Origin: Adineta vaga
Lineage: Eukaryota; Animalia; Rotifera
Assembly (NCBI GenBank): GCA_021613535.1
Contig: CP075494.1
Coordinates: forward strand, 14,322,001-14,386,000
Reading direction: 5' to 3'
Length of the DNA stretch: 64,000 bases
Positions 41,357-53,399 of this stretch are shown one piece after another. Numbering within the stretch: the first letter of the stretch is position 1; each line of letters opens with the position of its first letter. The notes beneath the pieces were generated by a model that was not told where the DNA came from, ran no database searches, and was given only the letters and a program-made list of their open reading frames with translations. The translations under genes and the position numbers were made by a program.

Positions 41357-43253
41357 TTAAGAGAGTGTTTCCGATTGTTGTAAAACACCTTTGATCATTT
41401 GAATTTGTGCCTAAAAAGAAAGATAACAATATTGAAGGAAATTGATATGATGCAAATCTTACTTTTGTATGTTTTATTTGAAGTTCAGTTAATTCAATAA
41501 GATTTTTTCGAAACATTTGTACTCGACGTGTTTTAAAATCATTCAATTCTATTAACAAATTTCAATAAAATAATTTGAATTTTATTCAGAAAATTATCCG
41601 TACCTTCTTTTGCTTTCTCTGAAATCGTTTCAAATTTCTTTTTAACATTTTGTTGTGCTGTTTCTGCTTGTGGTATTTCTTTATTTTTAGCTCGTGCACG
41701 ATCTAAATTTTTATTCGCCGTATCAAAATCTGCCAAACAACGTGAACGACGATACATTAAATCTAAAGCCGCTTTCGAATCACGCATATAATATCGTAAC
41801 GTATCCGATAGTTTCAAATCAACATCTGATTGAACACGTGATTCTAATTTCTAGAAGAATAAAGAACAAAAAAATCAAATGATAACATGTAAAACAAAAA
41901 TCATTCATACGCGAGCCTTTTCGAAGAAATCAGCCAATAGAAGAAGATATCTAAAGGAAAAAAACTTTCATTTTGCAAATAGATGTTTTTCCTTTTCGAA
42001 TATTTACCTTGATAAATCAGTCTTATCAGCTGTTGCTAATGTATTAAGACCACTGGATATTTTAATATATGTATCAGCGACGGCTAAAAATAAAATTTAT
42101 TTCTATGTCAATTAAATAAGATCGGCTTTTGATTGTTCTACTTTTATGAGTACGTGTTGATTTATCCGCGGCATTTGTTGCATCTTTTACTCTTGTATTA
42201 TAAGCGGTAAGAAATTGTTTATGTCGTTCGAAAACTTCATCGTTTTCCTAAAGAATTAATAGTTTTTTTCAAATCTAATAATAAGTTTTCGACGGCTTAT
42301 TACTTTTTGATTAGCTAAAAGTACTTCATCCGCTGTTTTTGTTAAACTTTTAAAGAAACCACTAATTTGTTCTTTTGGATTTTTACCACGTACACTTAAC
42401 TTTAAAATGAAGATTTCATTTGAATCTTGGAAGAAAATTCTTTTCAAAAATATAACTCACATCTTCTTTATACTCCAAGAATACCCGAAAATTATTATCA
42501 TTTCGGAGAATTGGATGTGCAGCAAGTCGTTGAAGAAAAACCTCATGCATTGAAACAGTTTTCTTAAACATTGCTAAATATTCTCTAAAATATCAAATAC
42601 AACGAATATCAAATATGAATGATTCATTTTTTCAACATACGCTTCCAATTCTTGTTTCATTTTATCATATTCTTCTTTCGTAAGTGTACTTTCACTATCA
42701 CTTAATTTTTGTAATTTAGCACGAGATGAATCGAAATCCGGTCGTGGTGGTGCTGGTGGAATCTAAAATGAAGCCATCGAACACATGCACTAAATTCATA
42801 GAATACTTACAATTAAACCTGCATATTCTTCATTTTCATTAAAACGATCATGTAACCAAATGAATTCTTCATGTTGACGTGAAACATTGAATTCTGATTC
42901 TTGAAATGTTGGTAATTTCGTCTATATATATATATATATATATCAGAATCATAGTTATATGAAATTGTGATATGACAAAGTTCAATTCTTACTTTTGTAT
43001 GAACAGTAAATTTTACTTTATCTTTTTCACTTAAAGCATCAGAAATATCGATTTGTAAATCAGTTTCACTAAGATCTACCGTATCAGCACGTCGCTAAAC
43101 CACAAATTCAGTAAAAACAAAACTAAATAAACATATACGATTAGATTCTTTACTTTGTTGCCAGCTTCTTCCATGCTATTAGTTGGTTCCTACCAATAAA
43201 AACACTAAAATTTCAAGTTCAAATTCATTTCCTATACTTACAAGCATCGCCAT
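41357..43253 (-). CDS. SNX6: Sorting nexin 5/6 (PX-BAR)
   Basis: [80 protein letters not shown]. Confidence 0.9.
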
Positions 43254-43609
43254 CTTTAGTTATTTAATGAAATATAATCTAAAATGAAGAATATACTTCA
43301 ACTTTGGGTTTATATCAAAAAGACTCTGTGGCCATTTTTTTTCCTATTCTCAAATAAACAAAACGATATTTTACAAACGAAGATTTCTTAGATATTCGTC
43401 TTTCACGTGTAAGAAGTCGATGTACACAGACATAAAGAAGAAAAAGGAACAGATACTGATAACAAATCATCCATTTTTTCGTCTCTTTTTTATCTTTTTC
43501 TAAGTCTTAAATCGAAAAAAAATATGTAAAGTTTTTCTTTAACAAATAAAGAAGAAAAAAAAACAAGACTAACTATCAGAAAAGAATGAAAATATTTGTT
43601 TTTCTTCCT

Positions 43610-44053
43610 CTATGGATACTGTCGTTGATCACGTTCGTCATCGGGAATATGATTCATATTCCAACGACGTTGATACGGATCATAGATTTTCCATCGAGGA
43701 TCAACAAGATACAAACGTTTATTATATTTATGATCACACATTTTTTCCAGAATTTTACATCGACGATTCCCAGCCATGACATGCATATCTTCACGTTTAT
43801 TTTGTTCATCAGGTTTTTTGAATGTAAATAATCGTCGTTGCTTTTGAGGATGAACATAACCACCCCAACCGAGACGAAAAAATCGTTCTTGTACATGTGG
43901 TGAACCTTGATGTTCACCGATATCATTGGCATTCAATTGAGGAATAAAATCTTTGTGTTCTTTGTATTTTAACCATGTATGTGTTTTAGTACGATATGGA
44001 ATTAGATTTAATCCAAATGAACCGCGTGATAGAGATAATAAGGATCGATTCAT
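43610..44053 (-). CDS. MRPL35: Mitochondrial ribosomal protein bL35m
   Basis: VQERFFRLGWGGY...HVMAG...KILEKM...YDPYQRR parallels the MRPL35 pattern RFLRL..GLW...LLDKM...DDPY; basic N-terminal presequence. Confidence 0.7.
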   Translation of the reverse strand: MNRSLLSLSRGSFGLNLIPYRTKTHTWLKYKEHKDFIPQLNANDIGEHQGSPHVQERFFRLGWGGYVHPQKQRRLFTFKKPDEQNKREDMHVMAGNRRCKILEKMCDHKYNKRLYLVDPRWKIYDPYQRRWNMNHIPDDERDQRQYP

Positions 44054-44431
44054 CTAGAAGAATAAGAGAAGTGTATCAACAGTATGCAACGAATATGATG
44101 TGCTGATTCCAACGCTTTCTCATAATCATCTTTTCTTATGATGTGAATTCCAATGAAATGGTAAAATTGACACTTTTATATCGAAAAGTCTATATATATT
44201 CTGTGTTACTTATGAATAAAACTGATCAAATGTTTTCTATTAAAACATTTCATTTTCTTTTCTGAGAAAAGTTTTGCATGATTATTTAATATAAATAAAC
44301 AAAACAACAAAAACTAATTTCGTTCTTATAGATCTTTTATTGATGTATTGACAAAACCAAAAATGCATACAGACAAGAAATAATACATCTATTCATATTT
44401 CTCATTGTTGCTCTTGTTATTTTGGATTTGT

Positions 44432-44902
44432 CTATTCTTTTTCTTCAGCACGTAAACGAGCATGTGGATTAGTAACCTTGATTGCTAATTGTTGTGCACG
44501 TTCGATAATTTTCTTACGGTTTGGTGCTGAAACTGTATGAGAGATTTCAGCTGCAAATTTACGATTTTGCATTAATAACATTTCAAGTTCCTTAACATTG
44601 TTAACAAGAAATGCTCGAAAACCATCTGGACGCATGTGGCGTGTACGTTTATCAGAACCGTAACCAATGGATGGCATTAAATAAACACCTTTGAATCGTC
44701 GTCGAACACGATTGTCAATACCACGTGGCTTACGCCAGCTTGGCTAGAATATAACTTAATAGAAATCGATAGATAATGTGAAAAGAGAACTTACCAGAAG
44801 ACGCATGTATCGATCACTTTGATGACGAACGAATTTTTTCGTGCGCTTCTTGATAATTCTTCCTTTGACCAAAGGACGTAATTTAGTCGATGTTGGTGCC
44901 AT
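44432..44902 (-). CDS. RPL32: 60S ribosomal protein L32
   Basis: [40 protein letters not shown]; one intron. Confidence 0.98.
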
Positions 44903-45112
44903 CGTTTAATAAATGATGATCTAAAATAGTTCAATATTAATCATATTGTTATATGTTTTTCTTTTTGTTTCGATCGTATGTAAATAAAGAAATAAGATAG
45001 AAATTTTTCGGCAATATCTGTTTTTATTTAAGCCGTAGAAATCTTTTCTTTGTCATCAAAAACAAATTAATGAAGATAACAAATATCTTTTTCTATTTTT
45101 ATTTCTTTTCGT

Positions 45113-45774
45113 TTATTGTTGATCGGCACCACCACGATTACCATCTGGTAAACGACCTCGACCATAGCCACTTCGCTAAATACATATGAAATATTAGCAT
45201 TTCGAAGTATTAAAATGATTTCAACTTACAAATTCAGGACGAGATGATCCGGCACCAACTTCACCTTGTTTGTCATATCCACTTCGACGATATTCTTGTC
45301 GACTTTGATCAGCAGAGGGTGATGATGGTCGAGCGGTATCGACTAAATTATTCGAAGAAGATAATTTTCATTAAATCGTATCGATTTATTTTACCTCGTT
45401 TAGCTGTTTTAGCTCCTTCGGGACGTGTTGGTCGTTTAAGTGTTGCTGGGACAATTTCAGGTGGTAAATTGAGATATTCACGTAAGAAGCTGGTACCTTC
45501 ATTATTTAAATACCAATAATAATGACGCCAGGCGAATTGTTCTTTGACCAAATTACGTGATTTAAGGGACTAAAAGAAAATAGGAATTATTTAGTTCATT
45601 TTTTATTTTCTCCGAATTTGTTTTGGAACAAACTTGTAATGCTTTGATAACATGAATATTTGGTACTGCAATAACTGGATGTTTATCGAGACCAAAATCT
45701 TTTTCAGCAACAACGACACCTTCTTTCATTAAATACTCATAGATAAGAGTACGATGTTTCTTTGGCATCAACAT
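45113..45774 (-). CDS. RPS10: 40S ribosomal protein S10
   Basis: [43 protein letters not shown]. Confidence 0.98.
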
Positions 45775-46649
45775 TTTCGAGTTATTTCAGTTGAAATCCT
45801 AAGATGATCTAAAATATCGAAACAAAATAGATTCGTTGTAGGCACATTATTTGAAAACTATTATGGTTGTTTATTAATGTTGGAATGGATTGTATTGGAT
45901 AGAATTGAGTAAAGAATGGATTGTTAGATGAACATCGCTACAAAGGTTTATTATTTAAGATGATATGAAAAAGTCAAAATTTTTTATCGGAAGTTATTTA
46001 TCAGAAGAAGAGATTTGAAAATTAAAAATGTTATGTATTTTTTCCATGAGAAACGATATAGTATGGTGGATGTAGCGACATCTATTGAATAATTCGACAT
46101 AATTAAATTCATACCTCTTAGCTGAAGACATTATGTATTCGAATTTTAGTTGAGTTTTAGCCGTGCAGTGCAATATCTGCTATTGATTGCTGTAATATTC
46201 AGCAATTTCTGATCTGATAAGGATAAAACGTTTTTGAAAAATATCACAGAAATTAAAGTTAAAAGTGCGTGACCAGGACTAATTATTTTAAAGATGCACA
46301 AATTCTAATGTTCATTCTAATTCAAATGAATTTATATGCTATTCTTTCGATGATGATAATAATAATCTGATCTTCGCAATGAAAATCTATTTCATCATCA
46401 TCATGATCTATTTAAATAACGATCAGAGATAATTTTTTAAAAAAACGAACTATTTTTATTAATGCAACGTTGAAAAATGAAGCAAGAATTGATAAGAACA
46501 CGAAATGAAATAGTATCACTAAATGTACAAACAGCAGTAGTATGACAAAGAAAAACAAACAATGAAACGTTAAATGAAACAAATTAGATGCAGCAGAAAA
46601 AGAAATGAAGTTCAAAAACAATTTTGAAGTCAACAGTTAAGTGAAATAT

Positions 46650-46733
46650 TCATTCAGTAACACTATGACGCGACATACTCGTCTTTTGACGAAGTGGATC
46701 ACCGTCTTCAATTTGACCATTATCATCACCGCT

Positions 46734-46766
<33 letters not shown>

Positions 46767-47213
46767 TGTATCGATTGTATCTTGAATCATTTGTGATACA
46801 CGTCGATTAAACTCATCTCGATTATTACGGTAGAGTAAAGCAGCTTCTAAGTTAGCTGGACTAAGTGGATTTGGATCAGCAAGAAGTAAACGAATGGAAT
46901 GAAGTACTGCTAAAATATCATAGGATGGTAACCAACCATCTTTAAGTATATCAACACAAATAAATCCATCGTCCCACCAAACATTTGGATGAAAAACTTT
47001 TGTAATAAATTTCACTTGGGGTGGACGAAGTGGATAATCTTCAGAAAAAACTAATTGAAGTTGATATGCACCGTTTTCATAGATACTCTCTTCTGGTCCA
47101 CATATAATGGCATTCCAAATGAGAAAGTTGTCTTCTGATGGACTTGCATCGATTCCATCGACTTTATTCTTAATCAATTGTCGGAAATCTTGTTGTAATC
47201 GACGAATGGCCAT
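46650..47213 (-). CDS. Ubiquitin-conjugating enzyme E2, RAD6/UBE2A-like, with poly-Asp tail
   Basis: MAIRRLQQDF, WNAIICGP, FHPNV...ICVDIL (catalytic Cys), DPNPLSPAN; intronless CDS. Confidence 0.85.
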
Positions 47214-47352
47214 GGATGATGATGATGATGATGATGACGGGTGGTAAAAAAAGGAAGATAACGAAGGATTGTATCTAGAAATGAACACAGAAAATGAAAT
47301 TCATTTGTTTTAATAATCAAATAAACAAAAGTTCGATTTTGTTTTGCTTTTA

Positions 47353-50300
47353 TTAAATTAAATTTGTACTTATAGTTATTTTACTTCGACGAGCTTCATA
47401 ATAAAGTGGATTATATTCCTCATCATCAATATGCATCTAAAATAAATATTAAATCAAGCCAATTAAAAACTTATACATGTAACTTACACTCGATAGACTA
47501 TCGAATAAATTTTGATCTATATGTTTTTCTTCATGTTTAACAATTGAATAGGATGAATTTGGTAATGGGAAAAGAAATTCACTTGAAGCAATTGATCGTA
47601 ATAATAAGCATCGTTCAGAAGCATATGAAAGAATAAAATGTCCAGAAGAGAATTCATTGATCGATGAAGAATCATTTAAACGACAAATTAACATTAATTC
47701 CTATAAAAACAAATCCATAGTATCGATGAGAATAACAAAACATGCACACATACATTTCGTCGGAGATATTCTATTAATGTATCAAATGCAATTTCATTTT
47801 TTTCAATATCATATTTATGGCACGCTGTAGGTAACACGAGAAGTGGCTAAACAAACAAAAAGATTAAGAATCTCGTTTGTTATAAAAAAAAAAACATTTT
47901 TTTTACCATTCCAAATATCATTGATATACAATAATTTGTTTGTTTTATAAAATTCAATGCTTTCAATTGATAGATTGGTAATATGGATGATGTTCGAATT
48001 GATGATGATATTCTTGATGGTTCTGTATAAATAAACTAGAAATAAAATTTCACGGAGAATAAAATAAATGAAGATGATATTACGTACAAATCTCTCATGA
48101 TTTATATGATGATGAGGATCATTCAAGATTTCTTGTAGATCACATCGAATCATAGACCATGATTGATCAATATGATCAGCTAAAAGATAAGATTCATTTT
48201 TGAAAAATAAAGTATTACACAATTGATTTAATGAACAGTTGGAAAATATGTTGACGGTGAAATGTTAAACTAACTATGTTAATTATGCAATCGAACGTTT
48301 CGGTTTCATTCTGTTCGGATCGGGAGAAAAAACATTTCTACAAAATAAAGGAGTTTTCTATTTAAACAGTAGAAAAACTTATTGCGGCTCAAATACTCTT
48401 AAATATTATTTTGTTTCTTGTAGAATTTCCATGATAGTTTCGTCATGTCAGTTACTTTTCATAGGAATGATTCTAATTGTTTTCACAGTTCAAATCAATG
48501 CTGGCTATTGGTTATGTGACTGGGTTAATCGCCGTGGTTGGGTATACTGTCAACGTGGTTACTGTAACAGTTTTGGTAGAAAACGTAGTCATGATATTGA
48601 TTATTCAGAGACAAGTCCGATTCAAAATGAAGATGGAGTTTATTGTACAAACAAAAAGATTTGTTTTTCATGTCATTCTATCAAAGATGATCTATGTTAT
48701 TTAACTCCGATAGAAAATTATTCTCCTCCAAATCATTCAACATCAAATAGAAAACGAGCGACAGAAGCTTGTGAATGAAACCCGAGAAAAAACGTACTCC
48801 TGTAGTTTCTCTCATTCTTATTCAAATAAAATTTCAGAAAAGAATCATCTTAATTTTACTTTTTACATCTGTCGGTAAAAATATCTGCATATGTTCATTG
48901 TCGTGATCATTGTTTAATAACCATGACTTTAAATAAAGACCTATTGAATATTTATCTATTAGTATAAGAAAAAAAAACGAATAACCGAACGAAGAAGAAT
49001 ACGTCGCATACCTTCGTAAATATATTTGATATTTAGTAAATCCGATAATAATATGTTTTGCTTGAATAACTCGATTTGATCATTGTCATTGATACATACC
49101 AATTCGATTTTCTAAATAGACCAATATACAAAAATATGACTCGTTTATATACTATCATGGTTATGTAAACTAAAACAAAGAAGCAAATCCGGTATGAAAT
49201 AAATAACACCCGTCTCTATTTTCTCTCTGATCAAACTACGCAAATTTGTTGGTTGATAATGATTGGTGAATGGCTGCCTTTTTTTCTCTAACTACCTTCT
49301 AACTGACACATGAAGAAGAAATACTAATCTAAGGGTAATAAGTAAAGATATAATTATGTAATGATATTACGCACTTTTTTATTGATTTGATGATTTTGAA
49401 TATATTGATGAATATCTGAAATGGTTGAATCCGTTAATCGATCTGTTAAAATAATAATTTGACAATCATAATCGTTAGAATTCGATGTAACCTATACAAA
49501 AACTAGATTGTTCATAAATGAAATTCAGTCATTGATCTAACTGAACAAAAAACTGATGAATTGGAATCTTTTAGGATTTTTTTTTCGAGATAAAATATCA
49601 CGATTATCCTTCGTGTATTTCTTTTGTTCCTCTAACCACATTTTTTCTCGTACAGGTATGAAACGCACGATTAGACTTTAGACTCTTAACCGCAAAGAAA
49701 AGGATGATATTATCAAACAATCATTGTTTTTATGTTTATTTTTTGAATACAAACGAAATTTCTATATAAAGTGTCTACTACTTCCGATACACGAAAAATT
49801 TGGTTATTCGAATCAAGTAAATGAATAATTAACATTCCATCTTGTTTCAAATAATCTCGCACGAATTTTTTCAATAAAATATCATTCAATACTAATTCCG
49901 ATGAACTACTTATTCGCAATAATTTACGTATAAAACGAATTCGATATGTTAATACTAATGTTTGATATATTGATGAGATAAATGAAATGAAGTTGGATAT
50001 CAATACATATAAAAACCAAAACCAAGCTAATGAAAAAACTTTTTCATTCAACATATTGATTGGTAATACACATTGAACGGTATAATGATGAAGATTTCCA
50101 ATTTCACGTATTCGTAAATCACATAAAGTTACACGTGGAAAATAAGGTGAATCTTTTACAATCGAATGTTGAATTAAAAGTTTATACCAAATATGAAAAC
50201 CATAGAACCAACTAGGTTGACCAAGAATCAACTGGATAAGAATTATTTGAATCAATGAATTGATTAAATAAAACCCTTTAGTAATCAATTGAATTGAACG

Positions 50301-51422
50301 AAGATAATTACCGAAACGTTTTCCACTTGTACAGAATAATAATCGACAAAAATAGTTTGTACGACTAATATTTGGTTTTTCATTTGCTTGACAATAATAT
50401 TCAATTGTATGAACTATTTTTTCAATATGATTTTCATGAATAAGATATTGTAAATCAATACCCGATCGAGTATTCATCGATCGCCAAAGTAAACGTGGAA
50501 AATAAAATCCAAATGCACATAAAATAAGAATAAAAGGTGTCCATTGATAATAACTAATCTCTGCATTTTTTCGCTCAAGTTTCTCATGTGGAATAGTAAT
50601 ATTTGTTGGTATATAATACGTATTTGATATCCAACAATAATTATTTGTATAAGTTAAATAAGCACCAGTGAATTGCGCAGGTACCCAACATGAAATACGA
50701 TTGAAAACAAATGGAGTACCGGTAACAATGAAAGCACAAACGAGTAGAAATCCAACAGTATAACGATGATTGAGACGATCGAAATGTTCATCATCAATTG
50801 ATGTTTGAAATGATTTTATCCATGGAAGTCCATAGATGAAATTAAATAGAGCGATTGACATCGAAATACTTTTTGTATTGTAAAAGGTATTGGCAAATGT
50901 ATCTTAACCTTTAAGCGAAAATTCTTATCGTGATTGCTCTTTTTAAGGAAGATCATTTCATTGTCTTTTATCAAAAGATTAAACTTACACGATGATCAGA
51001 ATTGATTTCACTAAAAGCTAAATGTAAAGCGGAATGCCATGATAAAGATGAATTTATCGTTCGAGTTGATTTCATTGTCCATTTTTGTCCAAGTAATTGT
51101 AATTTACAAAGTGCTACTTGTAGTTCCATTTGATTATTACGTATTGGTGCAAATGGAATAAAAATCTTCAATAAATGTATCAGTTTACGAAGAGAAGAAA
51201 AATCATCCGAAGATCATCTACTTCACTTTGATTTTGACCATTAACAATCAATCCAAACATTGGAATACGTTGTATACCTACATATGTTGTAATAATACTA
51301 AATAATTTATCAAGGCCATGACACATATCTTCAATAGTTTTTTCATTTAAACCGTAATCGATAAGTAATAAACGACCTGGATATATCGTTCGTACAGAAC
51401 GTGTATTTGATAGTTTCGACAT
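47353..51422 (-). CDS. M1AP: Meiosis 1 arrest protein (M1AP)-like; 10 exons: 51422-51222, 51165-50989, 49491-49375, 49111-49012, 48955-48860, 48179-48088, 48035-47907, 47846-47754, 47700-47488, 47436-47353
   Basis: Phase-compatible GT-AG splicing gives one open frame with collinear M1AP-like blocks: GRLLLID, RIPMFGL, IPFAPIRNN, CQIIILTD, YLKSWLLN..NEHMQIFL, IRCDLQE, FGMPLLVLPTAC, LLLRSIASSEFLFP, EEYNPL. Confidence 0.75.
48431..48778 (+). CDS. Small secreted Cys-containing peptide precursor, nested antisense in M1AP intron 5
   Basis: Signal peptide, then GYWLCDWVNRRGWVYCQRGYCNSF-G-RKR, an acidic/Cys segment and a second RKR; TATTTAAA near 48360 and AATAAA near 48826. Confidence 0.7.
   Translation: MIVSSCQLLFIGMILIVFTVQINAGYWLCDWVNRRGWVYCQRGYCNSFGRKRSHDIDYSETSPIQNEDGVYCTNKKICFSCHSIKDDLCYLTPIENYSPPNHSTSNRKRATEACE
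49713..50861 (-). CDS. Innexin (gap junction/hemichannel), intronless, nested in M1AP intron 2
   Basis: DDEHFDRLNHRYT, ISCWVP, NNYCW, SYYQW, FPRVTLCD, VQCVLPINMLNEK, FLWFW-like AWFW. Confidence 0.95.
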   Translation of the reverse strand: MSIALFNFIYGLPWIKSFQTSIDDEHFDRLNHRYTVGFLLVCAFIVTGTPFVFNRISCWVPAQFTGAYLTYTNNYCWISNTYYIPTNITIPHEKLERKNAEISYYQWTPFILILCAFGFYFPRLLWRSMNTRSGIDLQYLIHENHIEKIVHTIEYYCQANEKPNISRTNYFCRLLFCTSGKRFGNYLRSIQLITKGFYLINSLIQIILIQLILGQPSWFYGFHIWYKLLIQHSIVKDSPYFPRVTLCDLRIREIGNLHHYTVQCVLPINMLNEKVFSLAWFWFLYVLISNFISFISSIYQTLVLTYRIRFIRKLLRISSSSELVLNDILLKKFVRDYLKQDGMLIIHLLDSNNQIFRVSEVVDTLYRNFVCIQKINIKTMIV

Positions 51423-51454
51423 GTTTAGATTAGATAGAAGACAAAATGAGACGA

Positions 51455-51678
51455 GAAGAATTTATTTCGTTCAAAATATAGCTCGTTAACCAATGGTCAA
51501 GATCAATCATTCGTTATACAGGTGGCGCATGAAGTCGAAATGATTTACGATGTATATAAAGAACCACTTCTAGAACTAATCGACAACATCATTTTTATTT
51601 TTCTAAAAAGCATGTTTACACAAAGACGACAACAATATCAATTTAGAAATGATAAATTTTAAAACATAAAATGAACGG
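51455..51678 (+). repeat. Direct repeat B, copy 1 (~224 bp; M1AP upstream region / CAP 3' flank)
   Basis: Near-identical to 55353-55576 apart from small indels. Confidence 0.95.
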
Positions 51679-53399
51679 TGAGTATACATGTTCGTCATAT
51701 GGGCATCTCTACGTCTATCTCAGTTACTCCTTCACTCTGACGCTGTTACTCCTTATAGGTGAATACGATACATTGTATGACTATTCAAGTAGATAATGGA
51801 GTCTGCCGATATACAAAATGATTAATAACACGAATTGGTGAAGATCGAACAAATGAACTAGACAGTTGACATCCAATTAAAGTGTGAGAATTTTTGGTGC
51901 CGAACGATTCATTCAATAAAATTTTAAATGTTCTTCTAAATTAAATTTCAATATCAACATTTTCAACTACAATTATCGAACTTTTTAGTGAGAGGATATT
52001 TTTAAAAGGGCATGCTAAAAAGGACATTCTTAAGTGTGTTCGTATAAAATCTATTGTCTAGTAGAGATATGGCTTGAGAGTTTTATTTCAGTATGATAAA
52101 ATGATCTCAATTGTACTAAAACTTCGAAGTTATATTTCACTCAACAATAAATTTTATACAAGGTACAATAAAAAAATGAAAAAAATAGAAGAAAGAGGAT
52201 GTGGGTTTATTTTTGAAGAACATATATGAGACATGTAATAAAGACCATATTTTTAACTGAGCATTACCATAAATAATTAGATAACGTGTGTTTTGCGCCT
52301 TATTTTACCAAATGTACCAGAAATGTGTATGCTATGTTAGGTCTTTTGTCGTCAGAAACATGATATAGACAAAGAAGAAGCTACAGAAAAATTCCGATCT
52401 CTACGGGCCGTTTGATCTTATTAGATTCGATACTATTCCAATGCTGTCAGAGGCCGATAAAGAGTGAGTTTAAAGAACTAATCATATATAAAAATTCCAG
52501 TCACCCTCAATTTTGATAATATAATAACAGAAATAAATTAAAAAATAGTCTTGATGGATGTCGAGCTCAAAATTCAATTGAGAAAATATGTAAAATAGTG
52601 CGGAATTGTTAAACAAACAAATTCATTCCGAAGAAAAATATAAGCGTAGATAATATCAAAAGAGAATGTAGGAGACACTTTACTCTGTTCTGTTTCGATT
52701 CTTCAGTGTTTTCTTAAGACACATTGATATCAGTTTTGTTTGCACTTTTCAATGTACAGCTTCAGAACAATTAGTAAAATAAAGGGCATGTAATTATCTT
52801 TCTGTGTTTCTTTGTTATACTCAGTACTGTATAGCCAATCACATTATATCTGTCTCTCTGACCAGCTCACCAATTAGACATAATGTATCCTTCTTCCTTT
52901 GTTATGGATATATTCTTTCTCTAAAAAGAAGGAAGTCAGTGGATTTTGAAATAAATTAGACGTAGGAGTAGGAAGCACAAATAACAAAGTAAACTGTAAA
53001 CATATGAGGACAAAAGCTTACCTTTTTTTTTAGAAAAGTGCATGAAACTGTTGTATATCCCTTCTGGTCTCAAGAAAAAGCTCTCCTGCTTTTTCTCCCG
53101 ATTTTTATTGAAAATTTTCGAAGTCGAATAGTTGTAGTTAGTATTAAAAAAGTGCACTTGTTATTTTTGTGTCTATCACATTTATTGCCTGTAATTACAG
53201 ACGATATAATACGTACAAATATATAGAACGAAATTAATGATAAATATTTGTTGAATGCTTTAAAATAAATTAGTATCTAATGATTTTTGCGCTGTTAAGT
53301 ATGTGAGAGAGAAAAACCTCATTCATATCTATCTTCCTTTTTCTATTTAAAAAGGATAGGTGTGCTATACTGTTTTGTTTCATTCATTTGTAGGCATTA

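Noticed and set aside
44060-44175. Possible H/ACA or C/D snoRNA between RPL32 and MRPL35
   Set aside because: Only weak box-like words and an imperfect short repeat; no convincing structure or rRNA guide seen by eye. An Infernal/snoscan search would be needed
47815-48222. Apparent premature stop (ATSRVTYSVP*) suggesting an M1AP pseudogene
   Set aside because: The ORF-track frame reads through introns; correct splicing gives ...MIFGM|PLLVLPTACHKY with no stop
51679-53390. Possible transposon inside the inserted block
   Set aside because: No transposase or reverse-transcriptase ORF, terminal inverted repeats or LTR features were recognised; the flanking repeats are host intergenic DNA
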